Shown: piece by piece, positions 1 to 10,837 of the stretch | Position numbering within the stretch: the stretch's first letter is position 1 | Layout: every line of letters starts with the position of its first letter | Source: an uncultured Sutterella sp. | GTDB lineage: Bacteria; Pseudomonadota; Gammaproteobacteria; Burkholderiales; Burkholderiaceae_F | Direction of reading: 5' to 3' | NCBI GenBank assembly: GCA_964624425.1 | Contig: CAZUXQ010000001.1 | Location: 1-37,302 of the forward strand | DNA: 37,302 nt | Made by a program: the position numbers and the translations under genes | Notes under the pieces: generated by a model | Databases searched by the model: none | What the model was told of the DNA's origin: nothing | What the model saw: only the letters and a program-made list of their open reading frames with translations

Positions 1-549
1 CATGCGGCTTCCGCCGAGGAAGCGATTTCTCTCGAAGAAATTCAAGAGCTTATTGCGCTCTCAACGCCGAAAGAGGATGAGAAATTGATCGATGAGACGG
101 ATTGTTTGGTCTTTTATCCGTTTACAGACGGCAGGCTGCCTGCTCTGCATCGGTCTCTTCCCTCTTCACTGCTGGGGCGCATGCAGATTCACGAGTTTGA
201 CCGACTTCGCTACCATATTGAGGCCGCGTCGTCGTCGAATGGAAAAGTCTGGGCAAAGCGGCGCGAAGAGATCAGAAAAGCTTTTCCCGGCAGCATTGAA
301 TCCGGCGACCGCAGCGTGCTCCGCATTGCGTCGATCGGCAACAGGCGCGACGCCCGCACAATCGCCGACTATCTCTCGAAGACGTACCTGGACGTCAAGA
401 TCTCAATCAGGGAAGAAAATTCAGCCAAAGGCAAAGTGGCGCTTGTGTTCGGCAGACTCTCGGCCGACGAGAACAGAAGTCTGAGAAAACTTCTGCTCTC
501 GGCCGGCACGGACCGCAAAGTCGACGCCTGCTCGTCTTTCGAGCAGTAA
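1..549 (+). CDS. 5'-truncated protein, possibly the betaproteobacterial SPOR-like protein (C-terminal part)
   Basis: Frame 1 is open from base 1 (HAASAEEAISLEEIQ...) to TAA at 547-549, so the true start lies outside the window. An acidic linker leads into a domain bracketed by Cys (CLVFYPF...DAC), which resembles betaproteobacterial SPOR-like proteins. The family call is weak. Confidence 0.45.
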   Translation, partial: HAASAEEAISLEEIQELIALSTPKEDEKLIDETDCLVFYPFTDGRLPALHRSLPSSLLGRMQIHEFDRLRYHIEAASSSNGKVWAKRREEIRKAFPGSIESGDRSVLRIASIGNRRDARTIADYLSKTYLDVKISIREENSAKGKVALVFGRLSADENRSLRKLLLSAGTDRKVDACSSFEQ

Positions 550-563
550 GGCGCCTTGCGGCA

Positions 564-992
564 TCAAGCTTCTTCGAGTTTGCAGACGAGCTCTTCGAGC
601 ATTTCGTCCTTCAAGGCGAGCCTGGATCTGGAGACTTCGGGGTCGGCTTCTCGCTGCTGTCGGCCCCAAGGGCTTTCTGGAAAAAATGCGTCGTCCCGCC
701 AGCGGGCGATGACATGCCAATGGAGGTGCGGCACCATGTTTCCGAACTGAGCATAGTTTACCTTGTGCGCCTGCAGACGGCGGATGATCGTCTCTTCGAC
801 TGCGCGCAGCATCCTCCAGAAGCCTTCCTGCTCTTCGACGCTCAGATCCGACATTTCCTTGACGTGCCTGCGGCAGACAAGCCGAAGAAAGCACGGAAAT
901 ATTTCGTCGCTCGCATCGATGAGATAAGCGAGATCATTTTTCCAAACGGCTTTGTCAAAGACTTTGCCGCAGAGTTCGCAAGCGTCGTTCAT
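564..992 (-). CDS. HIT family nucleotide hydrolase
   Basis: N-terminal CxxC (CELC) and histidine-triad motif GNMVPHLHWHVIAR, followed by DDAFFPESPWG. ATG at 992 preferred over TTG at 1004. Confidence 0.9.
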   Translation of the reverse strand: MNDACELCGKVFDKAVWKNDLAYLIDASDEIFPCFLRLVCRRHVKEMSDLSVEEQEGFWRMLRAVEETIIRRLQAHKVNYAQFGNMVPHLHWHVIARWRDDAFFPESPWGRQQREADPEVSRSRLALKDEMLEELVCKLEEA

Positions 993-1023
993 TTTGCTTC
1001 TCAATCCTCAATAAAAGCGGCGG

Positions 1024-2442
1024 TTAATTTTTCGGCGTGCGGGCGACGACTTTCGAAAGGATCTGCGTAAATTTGGCAACGTACTGCAGGTCAAGCGATT
1101 CGTTCGGCGCATGAGCGTGTTCCTTGCTGCCGAGAACGCCCGTGTTGAGGAAGCAGGATTGGCTGAAATTCCTGCGGAATGCTCCGAGCGTGCCGATTGT
1201 CGCGCCTTCGTACGTCTTTGCAAACGAATTTCCGAAATATTCCTTTGAAAGTTCTTCAAGCGCTTCTGAAAGCCAGGGGTCGAGCTCGGGGGACTCAAAG
1301 CCGGATTCAGCTCTCGGATTGTCGATTTCGACGGAGGCGTTGAACGGCACATTCGTCGTTACGGCATCGATGGCTGCCTGAAGCGCCTTCTTTGCGTCGA
1401 CGCCGGGCGGCACGCGGAAGGAGAGCGCGACCGCAGTGCTTGGACGAATGACGGCCGTAGCGCTCGATATGCTCGGCAGACCTTCTGCGCCGAGAATGCT
1501 GAGCGCCGGTTCCCAAGCATTCGCCCTCAAGGCTTCAAGAGCCGCCGCATGACGCGGCTGGGTGCCGTCCTTGTAGGGAAACTCGGCGAATACGGCGTCG
1601 CCCGCAAGCGCGGCTTCCTCTTCAAGACCTTTTTGGTGAAATGCGGGAATTTCTGCGTGAAATTCCCGCAGCTTGACGCGGCCGGTGCACGGATCTTCAA
1701 GGCGGTCGAGGAGCATGCGGACAATGGCGAACGAGCTCGGCACGATGCCGCTCGCGGTGCCGGAATGCACGGGCGTCTCGAGCACGGAGACCTTCATCGT
1801 GAAGCTCACCACGCCGCGCAGCGACTGAGTGAGCCAAAGGCGCTCGTAGTCGCGAACGCTCAAGTCGAAAATGCCGAGAAACGCAGGATTTCCGATCTCT
1901 TCGCGCATCTTCTCCAAGTAGAAGGGCAGGTCGCGGGAGCCGGATTCTTCATCCGTCTCAAAGAGCCCCGTCACGCGCGGTCTGGCAATCTTGAATTCGT
2001 CCAGGGCTTTCGCGGCGGTCAAGCTCGCATAAAAGCTGTAGCAGTCGTCGGCGGCGCCGCGTCCGTAAAGACGGCCGTTGCGGACAACGGGCTCCCAAGG
2101 ACCAAGTCCTGCCGCCCAGCCTTCCGCTTCCGGCTGCTTGTCGAAGTGGCCGTAGAAGAATGCCGGCCGTTCAAATCCTTCATCCGTAGCCGGAATGTCG
2201 ACGAAGAGGATCGGCGTAAGACCGGGATCCTGAATGATCTCGAAGGCTCCGTTTGGAAAAAGCTTCCGTCCCCAAGTCTGAGCCTTCTTCAAAACGGCCG
2301 TGAGGAAGCCGTGTGTTTCCCAATCCTCATCGAAAGCGCGGCTTTTCGAGGGAATGCGGATGACGTCCTTCAGGGCTTCGAGCGTTTCGCCGCGCCAAGC
2401 CTCTTCAATCCATTGATCGATTTCCTTCATTTTCCGACTCAC
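1024..2442 (-). CDS. M20/M25/M40 family metallopeptidase (dipeptidase-like)
   Basis: Metal-site motifs YGHFDKQP, LYGRGAADD, ETDEESGS and HAHAPNE. The GTG start overlaps the rlpA TGA (GTGA, 2439-2442); an alternative ATG lies at 2430. Confidence 0.9.
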   Translation of the reverse strand: MSRKMKEIDQWIEEAWRGETLEALKDVIRIPSKSRAFDEDWETHGFLTAVLKKAQTWGRKLFPNGAFEIIQDPGLTPILFVDIPATDEGFERPAFFYGHFDKQPEAEGWAAGLGPWEPVVRNGRLYGRGAADDCYSFYASLTAAKALDEFKIARPRVTGLFETDEESGSRDLPFYLEKMREEIGNPAFLGIFDLSVRDYERLWLTQSLRGVVSFTMKVSVLETPVHSGTASGIVPSSFAIVRMLLDRLEDPCTGRVKLREFHAEIPAFHQKGLEEEAALAGDAVFAEFPYKDGTQPRHAAALEALRANAWEPALSILGAEGLPSISSATAVIRPSTAVALSFRVPPGVDAKKALQAAIDAVTTNVPFNASVEIDNPRAESGFESPELDPWLSEALEELSKEYFGNSFAKTYEGATIGTLGAFRRNFSQSCFLNTGVLGSKEHAHAPNESLDLQYVAKFTQILSKVVARTPKN

Positions 2443-3275
2443 TTCTGAATGGCAAAGGCCGAGCAGCCGAGCAGGGCGCCGATGGCTTTGGCGCTTTCGA
2501 CGGCAGCGTCATGAGAAAGACCTTCCGAGATCACGACTCGATAAAGGCCGTCGTCTCTGACGATTCGGGATGAGCAGTTCTGGCCGTTGGAGTTCAGGAC
2601 GGCTTCTGCGTGCGCGGCAAACTGCAGCGCATTGCTTTCAATCGAGAAGGAGCCTACTTGAATGCCCCAGCCGGAGGTGCTCTGCTGCCGAATGCCTTGA
2701 GCGGCGGCCGGCTGCGAAGCTGAGCCGCCGTTCTGCCAGCTCCCGGACGCGATTTCCGCATTCGTCAGGCGGACGACTTCAACGCGAGCCGTACCCTTGT
2801 CGACATATCCCAGCGTTTTTGCCGCAGCATAGCTCAAGTCGATGATGCGGTCGTTGAGGAACGGTCCGCGGTCGTTGACTCGGACGATGATCGACTTGCC
2901 GTTTTCCAAGTTCGTAACGCGAGCGTACGAGGGCAGCGGCATCGTTGTGTGCGCAGCCGTAGGCAGGTACATGTCGTAAATTTCGCCGATAGACGTCTTG
3001 TTGCCGTGAAACTGCTTGCCGTACCAGGAAGCAATGCCCGTCTGCCGCATCGGAATGTCGGACGTCGCAGGAGTGTAGCGCTTTCCCATAACCGTATAAG
3101 GCCTGCTCGCAGCTGCGCTGAACGCTTCGACTCTCGGCGTCGCGCTTGCTCCGGACGTGCCGGTGAAGAATGACGGAGGACCGTCGTTCTTGTAGTAGCG
3201 GCTTGAACTGCAGCCGGCGAGAAGCGCCGCCGCGGCAAAGGCGGCAATGACTGAGGCAAAATTTTTTCCAAGCAT
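2439..3275 (-). CDS. rlpA: Septal ring lytic transglycosylase RlpA (lipoprotein, DPBB + SPOR)
   Basis: Lipobox LLAGC; DPBB motifs GIASWYG, TAAHTTMPLP, VRVNDRGPF and IIDLS; C-terminal SPOR (IQVGSFS). Start chosen at ATG 3275. Confidence 0.93.
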   Translation of the reverse strand: MLGKNFASVIAAFAAAALLAGCSSSRYYKNDGPPSFFTGTSGASATPRVEAFSAAASRPYTVMGKRYTPATSDIPMRQTGIASWYGKQFHGNKTSIGEIYDMYLPTAAHTTMPLPSYARVTNLENGKSIIVRVNDRGPFLNDRIIDLSYAAAKTLGYVDKGTARVEVVRLTNAEIASGSWQNGGSASQPAAAQGIRQQSTSGWGIQVGSFSIESNALQFAAHAEAVLNSNGQNCSSRIVRDDGLYRVVISEGLSHDAAVESAKAIGALLGCSAFAIQK

Positions 3276-3290
3276 CTTTTCTCTCAATTG

Positions 3291-4403
3291 TCAGCTTGCG
3301 GCTTCCACGGAAATCGACAGCAGAATGCCCGTGCATGCGCCGAGAATGAGCAAAGCCGTCCCTCCGTAGCTCATGAAGGGCAGCGGCACGCCCACGACGG
3401 GCAGAATGCCGCTCACCATGCCTATATTCACGAAGGAATACGTAAAGAATATTATGCCGACGGCGGCGGCCAGAAGCTGCTCGTATCTCGACTCTGCCTG
3501 AGCGGCAATAAAAAAGCTTCTGGCCACCAAGGCCGTGAAAAGGATCAGGAGAAGCAGGCTTCCGACAAAGCCGAATTCTTCGCCGAAGACTGCAAAAATG
3601 AAGTCGCTCGTGCGCTCTGGAATAAAGTCGAGGTGCGCTTGCGTGCCTTCCATCCAGCCTTTTCCGGAGATGCCGCCCGAGCCGATCGCAATCTGCGCCT
3701 GCAGCGTATGAAAGCCCTTCCCGAGCGGATCCGTCGTCGGGTCGATGAGCGTGAGAATTCGCTCGCGCTGATAATCGTGCAGAAAGTTCCAGAGAATCGG
3801 CAGCGAAGCGAGCGCCATGACGAAGGCTGCGGCGACAACTTTGATGCTGATGCCCGCAAAGAAGATGACGGAGAGGCCGGCGATTGCAACAAGAACGGCC
3901 GTGCCCAAATCCGGCTGCTTCAGAATGAAGAGGATCGGAAGCACGAGCAGGCAGGCCGCTGCGGCATGATCCCACCAGACGATGTTCTCGCCGCGGCGGT
4001 AGTAATACCAAGCGAGCATCATCGGAGCGGCAATCTTCATGATTTCGGAAGGCTGAATGCGCACGCCGATATTGAGCCAGCGGGTGGCGCCCTTTACCGT
4101 AATGCCGAAAAAATGCGTGGCTGCCAAGAGAATCAAGCCGATGATGAAGAGCGGCAGCGAAGCTTTGGCGATGAACTTGATCGGAATGCAGGCGACGGCG
4201 AACATCACGACCGCCGCGGCAATAATATTCCGAATCTGTCCTTCGATGCGCCACGGGAAGCTGTAGCCGGCGGAAAAAAGCGTAATGAAGCCGATCGTCG
4301 TCAGAGTCATGACGACGGCCAGCAGCATCAGATCGAACCTCATCAGCCGCGACAGGATCAGACGGCAGGCAAAAGCAGCGCAGGATTGGATTTTGCTGGC
4401 CAA
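3291..4403 (-). CDS. rodA: Rod shape-determining SEDS glycosyltransferase RodA
   Basis: Multi-TM protein with GATRWL, IQPSEIMK, QPDLGT, TSDFIFAVFGEEFGFVG and LPFMSYGG. Follows mrdA; TTG start after AAGGA. Confidence 0.95.
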   Translation of the reverse strand: MASKIQSCAAFACRLILSRLMRFDLMLLAVVMTLTTIGFITLFSAGYSFPWRIEGQIRNIIAAAVVMFAVACIPIKFIAKASLPLFIIGLILLAATHFFGITVKGATRWLNIGVRIQPSEIMKIAAPMMLAWYYYRRGENIVWWDHAAAACLLVLPILFILKQPDLGTAVLVAIAGLSVIFFAGISIKVVAAAFVMALASLPILWNFLHDYQRERILTLIDPTTDPLGKGFHTLQAQIAIGSGGISGKGWMEGTQAHLDFIPERTSDFIFAVFGEEFGFVGSLLLLILFTALVARSFFIAAQAESRYEQLLAAAVGIIFFTYSFVNIGMVSGILPVVGVPLPFMSYGGTALLILGACTGILLSISVEAAS

Positions 4404-4413
4404 GTTGCTTCCT

Positions 4414-6303
4414 TTATTTGAGGTTCGGAACGTTCTTCAGACCATTCGGCGCAGGCAGGTTCAAGTCGTTCCTTCCGGTAAGCCAATAGTCAAGAATCTT
4501 TCTTGCAATCGGTGCGGCGGCCTTGGCGCCGAATCCGCCGTTTTCAACCAGAATTGCCAGAGCGATTTTCGGTTTATCTGCGGGAGCGAAGGCAATGAAC
4601 AATGCATGGTCGAGATGCTTGCGGCTCAGCTTCTCCGAGTTGTAGCGGGAATCTTGGGCGATGGTCACGACCTGCGCCGTGCCGGTTTTGCCGGCAACGG
4701 CGTACGGCGCGGAAGCAAAAATCGTCTTGGCCGTTCCGATGCGCGTTGCATCCTGCATGCCGGCGACCACCACGTTCACATTGCTCTTTTTGAGCGGAAT
4801 GACATGATCGGGCTTTCTGCTGAAGCTTTCGCTTGTTTCCGTAGTCGGATCGATGATTGTGTCGACGAGGTGCGGACGCATGACGACGCCGTTGTTGGCG
4901 AGCGTTGCCGTAGCGTGCGCGAGCTGCAGAAGCGTGAAGGCATTGTAGCCCTGACCGATGCCGATGGGCGGCGTATCGCCCAAGTACCAGGGCTCCCTGA
5001 AGCGCTTTTCCTTCCATTCTCTATTCGGCAGAATGCCCGTCTGCTCGCCGATCAGGTCGATGCCTGTCTTCTGGCCGAAGCCCCACTGCTTCATGAAGTC
5101 GTATATGCGGTCGACGCCGAGCTGCATCGAAAGCCAGTAGTAGTAGACGTCCGACGAGACGGCAATGGACTTTCTGAGCGTGACGGGTCCCTTCGGCGAG
5201 CCGGTTACGTCGCGGAATTTATGCTTGCCGAGCTGAAAGACGCCGGTGTCGTTGAGCACGTAGTCGGCGGTTGTCGCGCCGGATTCCAGACCCGCAAGCG
5301 CCATAAAGGGCTTGTAGGTCGAGCCGATCGGATAAATGCCGCGCATGGCGCGGTTTAAAAGCGGCTTGTCTTCCGATGTGTTGAGAAAGCTCCACGATTC
5401 CGGATCAATGCCGCCGGGAAAAAGATTCGGATCGTAGGTCGGCAGCGACGCGAAGGCGAGAATCCCACCGGTTTCGGGTTCGATGGCAATGACTGCGCCG
5501 GTATTGTCTCCCATTGCGGCTTCGGTCACTTTCTGCAGATTGAGGTCGATCGTGAGCTGCAGATTTTTGCCGGGCTTGGCGGGCGTCAAGCTCAGCGTGC
5601 GCACGGCATGGCCGCCGGCCGTCACCTCAAAGCTTTCCTGACCGGGCGTGCCGTGGAGCTCGGTTTCGTAGCTGCGTTCGATGCCGACCTTGCCGATGTT
5701 GCGCTCGCCCTCATAAAGCGCGAGCGAGCCTTCCTTGTCGAGACGCTTCTTGTCGGATTGAGAAATCGAGCCGATGTAGCCGATGATGTGGCTGCCGACG
5801 GCGCCGTTCGGATAGATGCGGTTTTCCCGCTGGTTGATTTCAACGCCGGGGAAGCGCCAGCGCTGTCCGATGAAGCGCGCGACTTCCTCTTCAGTCAGAT
5901 GAGATTGAATGGGAATGGAGTCGTAGCGGTTCAGGTCTTTGCGGAGTCTGCGAAAGCGCTGAACGTCCGCTTCCGTAATGGCGACGACTTTCGAAAGTTC
6001 GCTTATCGTCTTGCTGAGGTCGCCGACCTTGCTGGGCGTTATTTCCAGCGTGTAGCTGAGCTTGTTGCCTGCAAGAAGCTCGCCGTTTCTGTCGAAAATC
6101 AAGCCTCGAGCGCCTTGGGTCGTAATCGAAACCGTTCTGTTTTTCTCGGCGCGTTCGGTATAGGCATCCTGATTGATGATCTGCAGCCAGGCGAGTCTGC
6201 CCAAAAGCACGAGAAAGAGCGCGGCGACGGACGCAAACGCAGAAAGAAGACGCTTTCGGAAAGGCGCCGCATCTTCAGCAGATTTTTTGAAATCCAGCGT
6301 CAT
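4414..6303 (-). CDS. mrdA: Penicillin-binding protein 2
   Basis: N-terminal TM, RGLIFDRNG, active-site STYK, SSD and KTGTAQ motifs. ATG at 6303 just after mreD; the ORF-track extension to 6417 overlaps mreD. Confidence 0.95.
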   Translation of the reverse strand: MTLDFKKSAEDAAPFRKRLLSAFASVAALFLVLLGRLAWLQIINQDAYTERAEKNRTVSITTQGARGLIFDRNGELLAGNKLSYTLEITPSKVGDLSKTISELSKVVAITEADVQRFRRLRKDLNRYDSIPIQSHLTEEEVARFIGQRWRFPGVEINQRENRIYPNGAVGSHIIGYIGSISQSDKKRLDKEGSLALYEGERNIGKVGIERSYETELHGTPGQESFEVTAGGHAVRTLSLTPAKPGKNLQLTIDLNLQKVTEAAMGDNTGAVIAIEPETGGILAFASLPTYDPNLFPGGIDPESWSFLNTSEDKPLLNRAMRGIYPIGSTYKPFMALAGLESGATTADYVLNDTGVFQLGKHKFRDVTGSPKGPVTLRKSIAVSSDVYYYWLSMQLGVDRIYDFMKQWGFGQKTGIDLIGEQTGILPNREWKEKRFREPWYLGDTPPIGIGQGYNAFTLLQLAHATATLANNGVVMRPHLVDTIIDPTTETSESFSRKPDHVIPLKKSNVNVVVAGMQDATRIGTAKTIFASAPYAVAGKTGTAQVVTIAQDSRYNSEKLSRKHLDHALFIAFAPADKPKIALAILVENGGFGAKAAAPIARKILDYWLTGRNDLNLPAPNGLKNVPNLK

Positions 6304-6308
6304 GAGCG

Positions 6309-6836
6309 TCAGAGCGTTTTCGCGACGGCGTCCTGCTTCGGAGCGATGAGCAAGGACCAGATCGGCCAGATGACCGCACCCGCCGCGCTCTGCAGGAACC
6401 AGCTCCAGCCGGGCCACAGTCCGTCAAACCAAAGGCGAACGAGCATGACGAGAACTTGAGAAATCAGAAGCAGCGGCAGAATATGAAGCGCTTGGCCGAA
6501 AAGTCCGAACCAGGGCAGACGCCGGTGCAGAAGAAAGGCGAAATACGAAATGCAGACGTAGGAGAGCGCCTGCTGGCCGAGCGCGCTCCCATGAACGACG
6601 TCGACGAGAATGCCGCACGCGAATGCGGCCGTCATGCTCATTGAGCGCGGACGGTGGACGCACCAGTAAATCAAGGTGAGCGCAATGAAGTCGGGAAGCC
6701 AAAACACCTCGAAGGCCGCCTGCAGCACGATCAGCAGATACGAAATGATGAAGGTGAAGAACACCCACAGGAGAGACGCATGCTGCTCGATCGTCCGTTC
6801 GCTGTTCATCGAGTCGGGAAATCGATTCAGGCTCAT
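6309..6836 (-). CDS. mreD: Rod shape-determining protein MreD
   Basis: Hydrophobic 175-aa protein with PDFIALTLIYW and GILVDVVHGSALGQQAL, between mreC and mrdA. ATGA overlap with mreC. Confidence 0.92.
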   Translation of the reverse strand: MSLNRFPDSMNSERTIEQHASLLWVFFTFIISYLLIVLQAAFEVFWLPDFIALTLIYWCVHRPRSMSMTAAFACGILVDVVHGSALGQQALSYVCISYFAFLLHRRLPWFGLFGQALHILPLLLISQVLVMLVRLWFDGLWPGWSWFLQSAAGAVIWPIWSLLIAPKQDAVAKTL

Positions 6837-7729
6837 CGCTGCTTTCTTCTGCGTTCAAAAGAATCCTTTTTGTCCGTCTCTTTCAGCTCGAAGGTCGGAT
6901 TCGGATTCTGCAAAATGACAGTGGCGAACTGAATGTCGTTCATTTCGGCGGACGGCAGCGCCGAGACGCGCCGATAGGTTTCGCCGGGCTGATATTCAAT
7001 GCCGTTCACGGTGCCGACGAGAATGTTGCGCGGGAAAAGCAGGTCGAGCCCCGACGTGACGAGGCGGTCTCCTTCCCGCACATCCGCTTTCGGCGGCACG
7101 AAAAGAACGTCCAAAAGGTTGTCGCCCGTCCCGTTGATGATGTACCGCATGCCCGTTCTTTCGTTCTGAACGGCAATCTGCTGCTTGTGGTCGGTCAGAA
7201 GCGTCACTTCCGCCTGATGCGCGACGACGCGAGACACCTGTCCCAGAATGCCGAAGGCGCCGATGACGGGCATGCCGACGGCAATGCCGCTTCTCTCGCC
7301 GGCATTGATTTGCAGCCGCATGGAAAAAGGATCGGCAATTCGGCCGATCACTTCTGCCGTCACGGTTCTGCTGGCCGTCCTCGGAACGGCATTGACCAAG
7401 GCGCGCAGACGCTTGTTTTCAAGCTCGATCTCTTCGTAGCGGCCGGCCTTGAGCTGCAGAAGCTGATTTTCTTCTGAGAGCCTTTGGTTTTCCGCAGCAA
7501 GCTTCTTCTTGCTCGTAAAGTAGCCGGATCCTTCTCGGAGGATCTCCGCGGGCAGGCTCGCGAGCTGCGTAATCGGAGACGTAAAGCTGATGACGGCGCT
7601 GCGGAGGCCGTCGAGCGCCTTCAGGCGGCCGTCGACCAGGATTGCGACGAGCGACAGAACGACGAAGAAGATGAAGCGGACCTTGGCCGATATGCCGTGC
7701 CTGAACAACGGAGGCGGACCGTATTCCAT
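6833..7729 (-). CDS. mreC: Rod shape-determining protein MreC
   Basis: MEYGPPPLFRHG N-terminus, TM, coiled coil (ENKRLRAL) and GDRLVTSGLDLLFP. Confidence 0.95.
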   Translation of the reverse strand: MEYGPPPLFRHGISAKVRFIFFVVLSLVAILVDGRLKALDGLRSAVISFTSPITQLASLPAEILREGSGYFTSKKKLAAENQRLSEENQLLQLKAGRYEEIELENKRLRALVNAVPRTASRTVTAEVIGRIADPFSMRLQINAGERSGIAVGMPVIGAFGILGQVSRVVAHQAEVTLLTDHKQQIAVQNERTGMRYIINGTGDNLLDVLFVPPKADVREGDRLVTSGLDLLFPRNILVGTVNGIEYQPGETYRRVSALPSAEMNDIQFATVILQNPNPTFELKETDKKDSFERRRKQR

Positions 7730-7748
7730 GTTTCATTCGGCCGTCTGA

Positions 7749-8831
<1,083 letters not shown>

Positions 8832-8934
8832 TCAACAAAGATCACGAACTTGCCTGCAAGCGAGAGGCAAATAAAGCCCGCAATCGCAATTGACCAATGA
8901 TAAACTAACTGCCCGTTCGACGCAGTCCTCGGGC

Positions 8935-8964
8935 TTGAAGGCGGCTGATCGGCCTTTGTATAGG
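8935..8964 (+). promoter_or_regulatory. Candidate sigma70 promoter for gatCAB
   Basis: TTGAAG (8935-8940), 18 nt spacer, TATAGG (8959-8964). Pattern match only. Confidence 0.35.
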
Positions 8965-9038
8965 TTTGTATCTGTTTTCTCGGCTCGGATTGCAGTCGTC
9001 CAAACAAATCCGAACCTTTTCTTTCCGAGAAGAACAAC

Positions 9039-9326
9039 ATGGCTTTGAGTGAGGGCGATATTCGCCGGATTGCCGATCTAGGCCGCATTGATTTGTCCGA
9101 AGAGCAGACGAAGATCATCCAGGGCGAGCTCAACGACATCTTCAGAATGATCGAGCAGATTCGATCCGTTGAGACGGACGGCATCGAGCCCATGCTGAAT
9201 CCGCACGACGGCGTCCAGCGCCTTCGTGCGGATGCCGCGACGCAGGGCGACGAACGAGTCGAAAACATGAAGAATGCACCGGAGCAGGCCGACGGCTATT
9301 TTCTGGTGCCTCAGGTTATTGAATAA
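9039..9326 (+). CDS. gatC: Asp-tRNA(Asn)/Glu-tRNA(Gln) amidotransferase subunit C
   Basis: 95 aa with IADLGRI, LRAD and [17 protein letters not shown]; directly precedes gatA. Confidence 0.96.
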   Translation: MALSEGDIRRIADLGRIDLSEEQTKIIQGELNDIFRMIEQIRSVETDGIEPMLNPHDGVQRLRADAATQGDERVENMKNAPEQADGYFLVPQVIE

Positions 9327-9349
9327 CGCTGCGCTGGAAGGGTTTCCTT

Positions 9350-10807
9350 ATGCTTGACAATGCCTTCGCTTCTGTTTCGGAGCTTTCCCGCATGCTTCGG
9401 AAAAGAGAAGTTTCCGCCGTCGAATTGGCCGAATATTATCTCGGACGCATCGATGAGCACCGTGATTTGAACGCCTTCCTCGACGTGCGTCCTGAAGCGA
9501 CGCTCGAGCAGGCCCGCCGCGCCGATGAACGTCTTGCGAAGGGCGATGCCGGCGCCCTGACGGGCGTGCCCGTCGCTCACAAGGACATCTTCGTCACGAA
9601 GGAATGGGCCTCTACCGCCGCGAGCCGAATGCTCGAAGGCTACATGAGTCCTTTCGACGCGACGGTCGTCCGCCAGCTCAAGGATGCAGGCATGGTCTGC
9701 CTGGGCAAGCTAAACTGCGACGAATTTGCCATGGGATCCGGCAATGAAAACTCCGCCTACGGCAAGGTCGGCAACCCCTGGGATCCCAATGCGGTTCCGG
9801 GCGGTTCCTCGGGCGGATCGGCTTCAGCCGTGGCTGCGGGTCTCGCGCCCATAGCCACGGGCACCGACACAGGCGGCTCGATCCGCGAGCCGGCGTCCTT
9901 CACGGGCCTCACGGGCATCAAGCCTACCTACGGCCGTCCTTCCCGCTTGGGCATGATCGCTTTTGCGTCTTCGCTCGACACCGCCGGCCTTCTGGGCCAT
10001 TCCGCCGAAGACTGCGCGCTTGTGCTTTCTTCGATGGTCGGCTTTGATCAGTGGGATTCGACGAGCGTCGACATGCCTGCCGAAGATTTCGCGCGCGATC
10101 TCGGCAAGGGCGTCAAGGGCCTGCGGATCGGCGTGCCGCGCTCCTGGATGGGAGAGGGCCTTGATCCGGAAGTTCGCGCCGTCATTGAGGCCGTGCTTGA
10201 CGGCTACAAGCAGATGGGCGCCGAAATTGTCGACATCGAAATCCCAATGGCTCGGATGGGGGTGCCGGTCTATTACATCGTCGCCTGCGCCGAAGCAAGT
10301 TCGAATCTCTCGCGCTTCGACGGCGTGCGCTACGGCCATCGCGCCGCCGAATACGCCGACATCGTCGACATGATGAAGCGCTCGCGCAATGAGGGCTTCG
10401 GTCCCGAACCGAAGCGCCGCATCATGATCGGCACGTACGTGCTTTCTCACGGATACTACGACGCCTACTACCTCAAGGCGCAGCGCGTCCGCCGCTTGAT
10501 AGCGAACGAGTTCCGCAAGACGTTCGAATCGGTCGACGCCGTCGCCTGCCCGGTGACCACCGGCACGGCGTACGATTTCGGCGCCAATGCCGATCCGGTG
10601 TCCGCCTATCTGAGCGACCTCTACACGGTTCCCTCGTCGCTGGCCGGCCTTCCCGGCCTTTCGATGCCCTGCGGCATCCACTCGAACGGGCGTCCGATCG
10701 GCATTCAGCTTCTCGGAGAGCGCTTCACGGAAGCCCGCCTCCTGAGGCTGGCGGATGCTTGGCAGCGCGAAACGGACTGGCATCTTCGCCATCCGGCCGG
10801 CTATTGA
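9350..10807 (+). CDS. gatA: Amidotransferase subunit A
   Basis: Amidase signature ([19 protein letters not shown]), [13 protein letters not shown] and [10 protein letters not shown]. Confidence 0.97.
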   Translation: MLDNAFASVSELSRMLRKREVSAVELAEYYLGRIDEHRDLNAFLDVRPEATLEQARRADERLAKGDAGALTGVPVAHKDIFVTKEWASTAASRMLEGYMSPFDATVVRQLKDAGMVCLGKLNCDEFAMGSGNENSAYGKVGNPWDPNAVPGGSSGGSASAVAAGLAPIATGTDTGGSIREPASFTGLTGIKPTYGRPSRLGMIAFASSLDTAGLLGHSAEDCALVLSSMVGFDQWDSTSVDMPAEDFARDLGKGVKGLRIGVPRSWMGEGLDPEVRAVIEAVLDGYKQMGAEIVDIEIPMARMGVPVYYIVACAEASSNLSRFDGVRYGHRAAEYADIVDMMKRSRNEGFGPEPKRRIMIGTYVLSHGYYDAYYLKAQRVRRLIANEFRKTFESVDAVACPVTTGTAYDFGANADPVSAYLSDLYTVPSSLAGLPGLSMPCGIHSNGRPIGIQLLGERFTEARLLRLADAWQRETDWHLRHPAGY

Positions 10808-10837
10808 TGAACTGCTCGTCTGATCGAGGAAAATGCC

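Noticed and set aside
9860-9900. GatA GGSIREPA instead of the common GGSIRQPA
   Set aside because: The Lys-Ser-Ser triad motifs are intact and this position varies among amidases.
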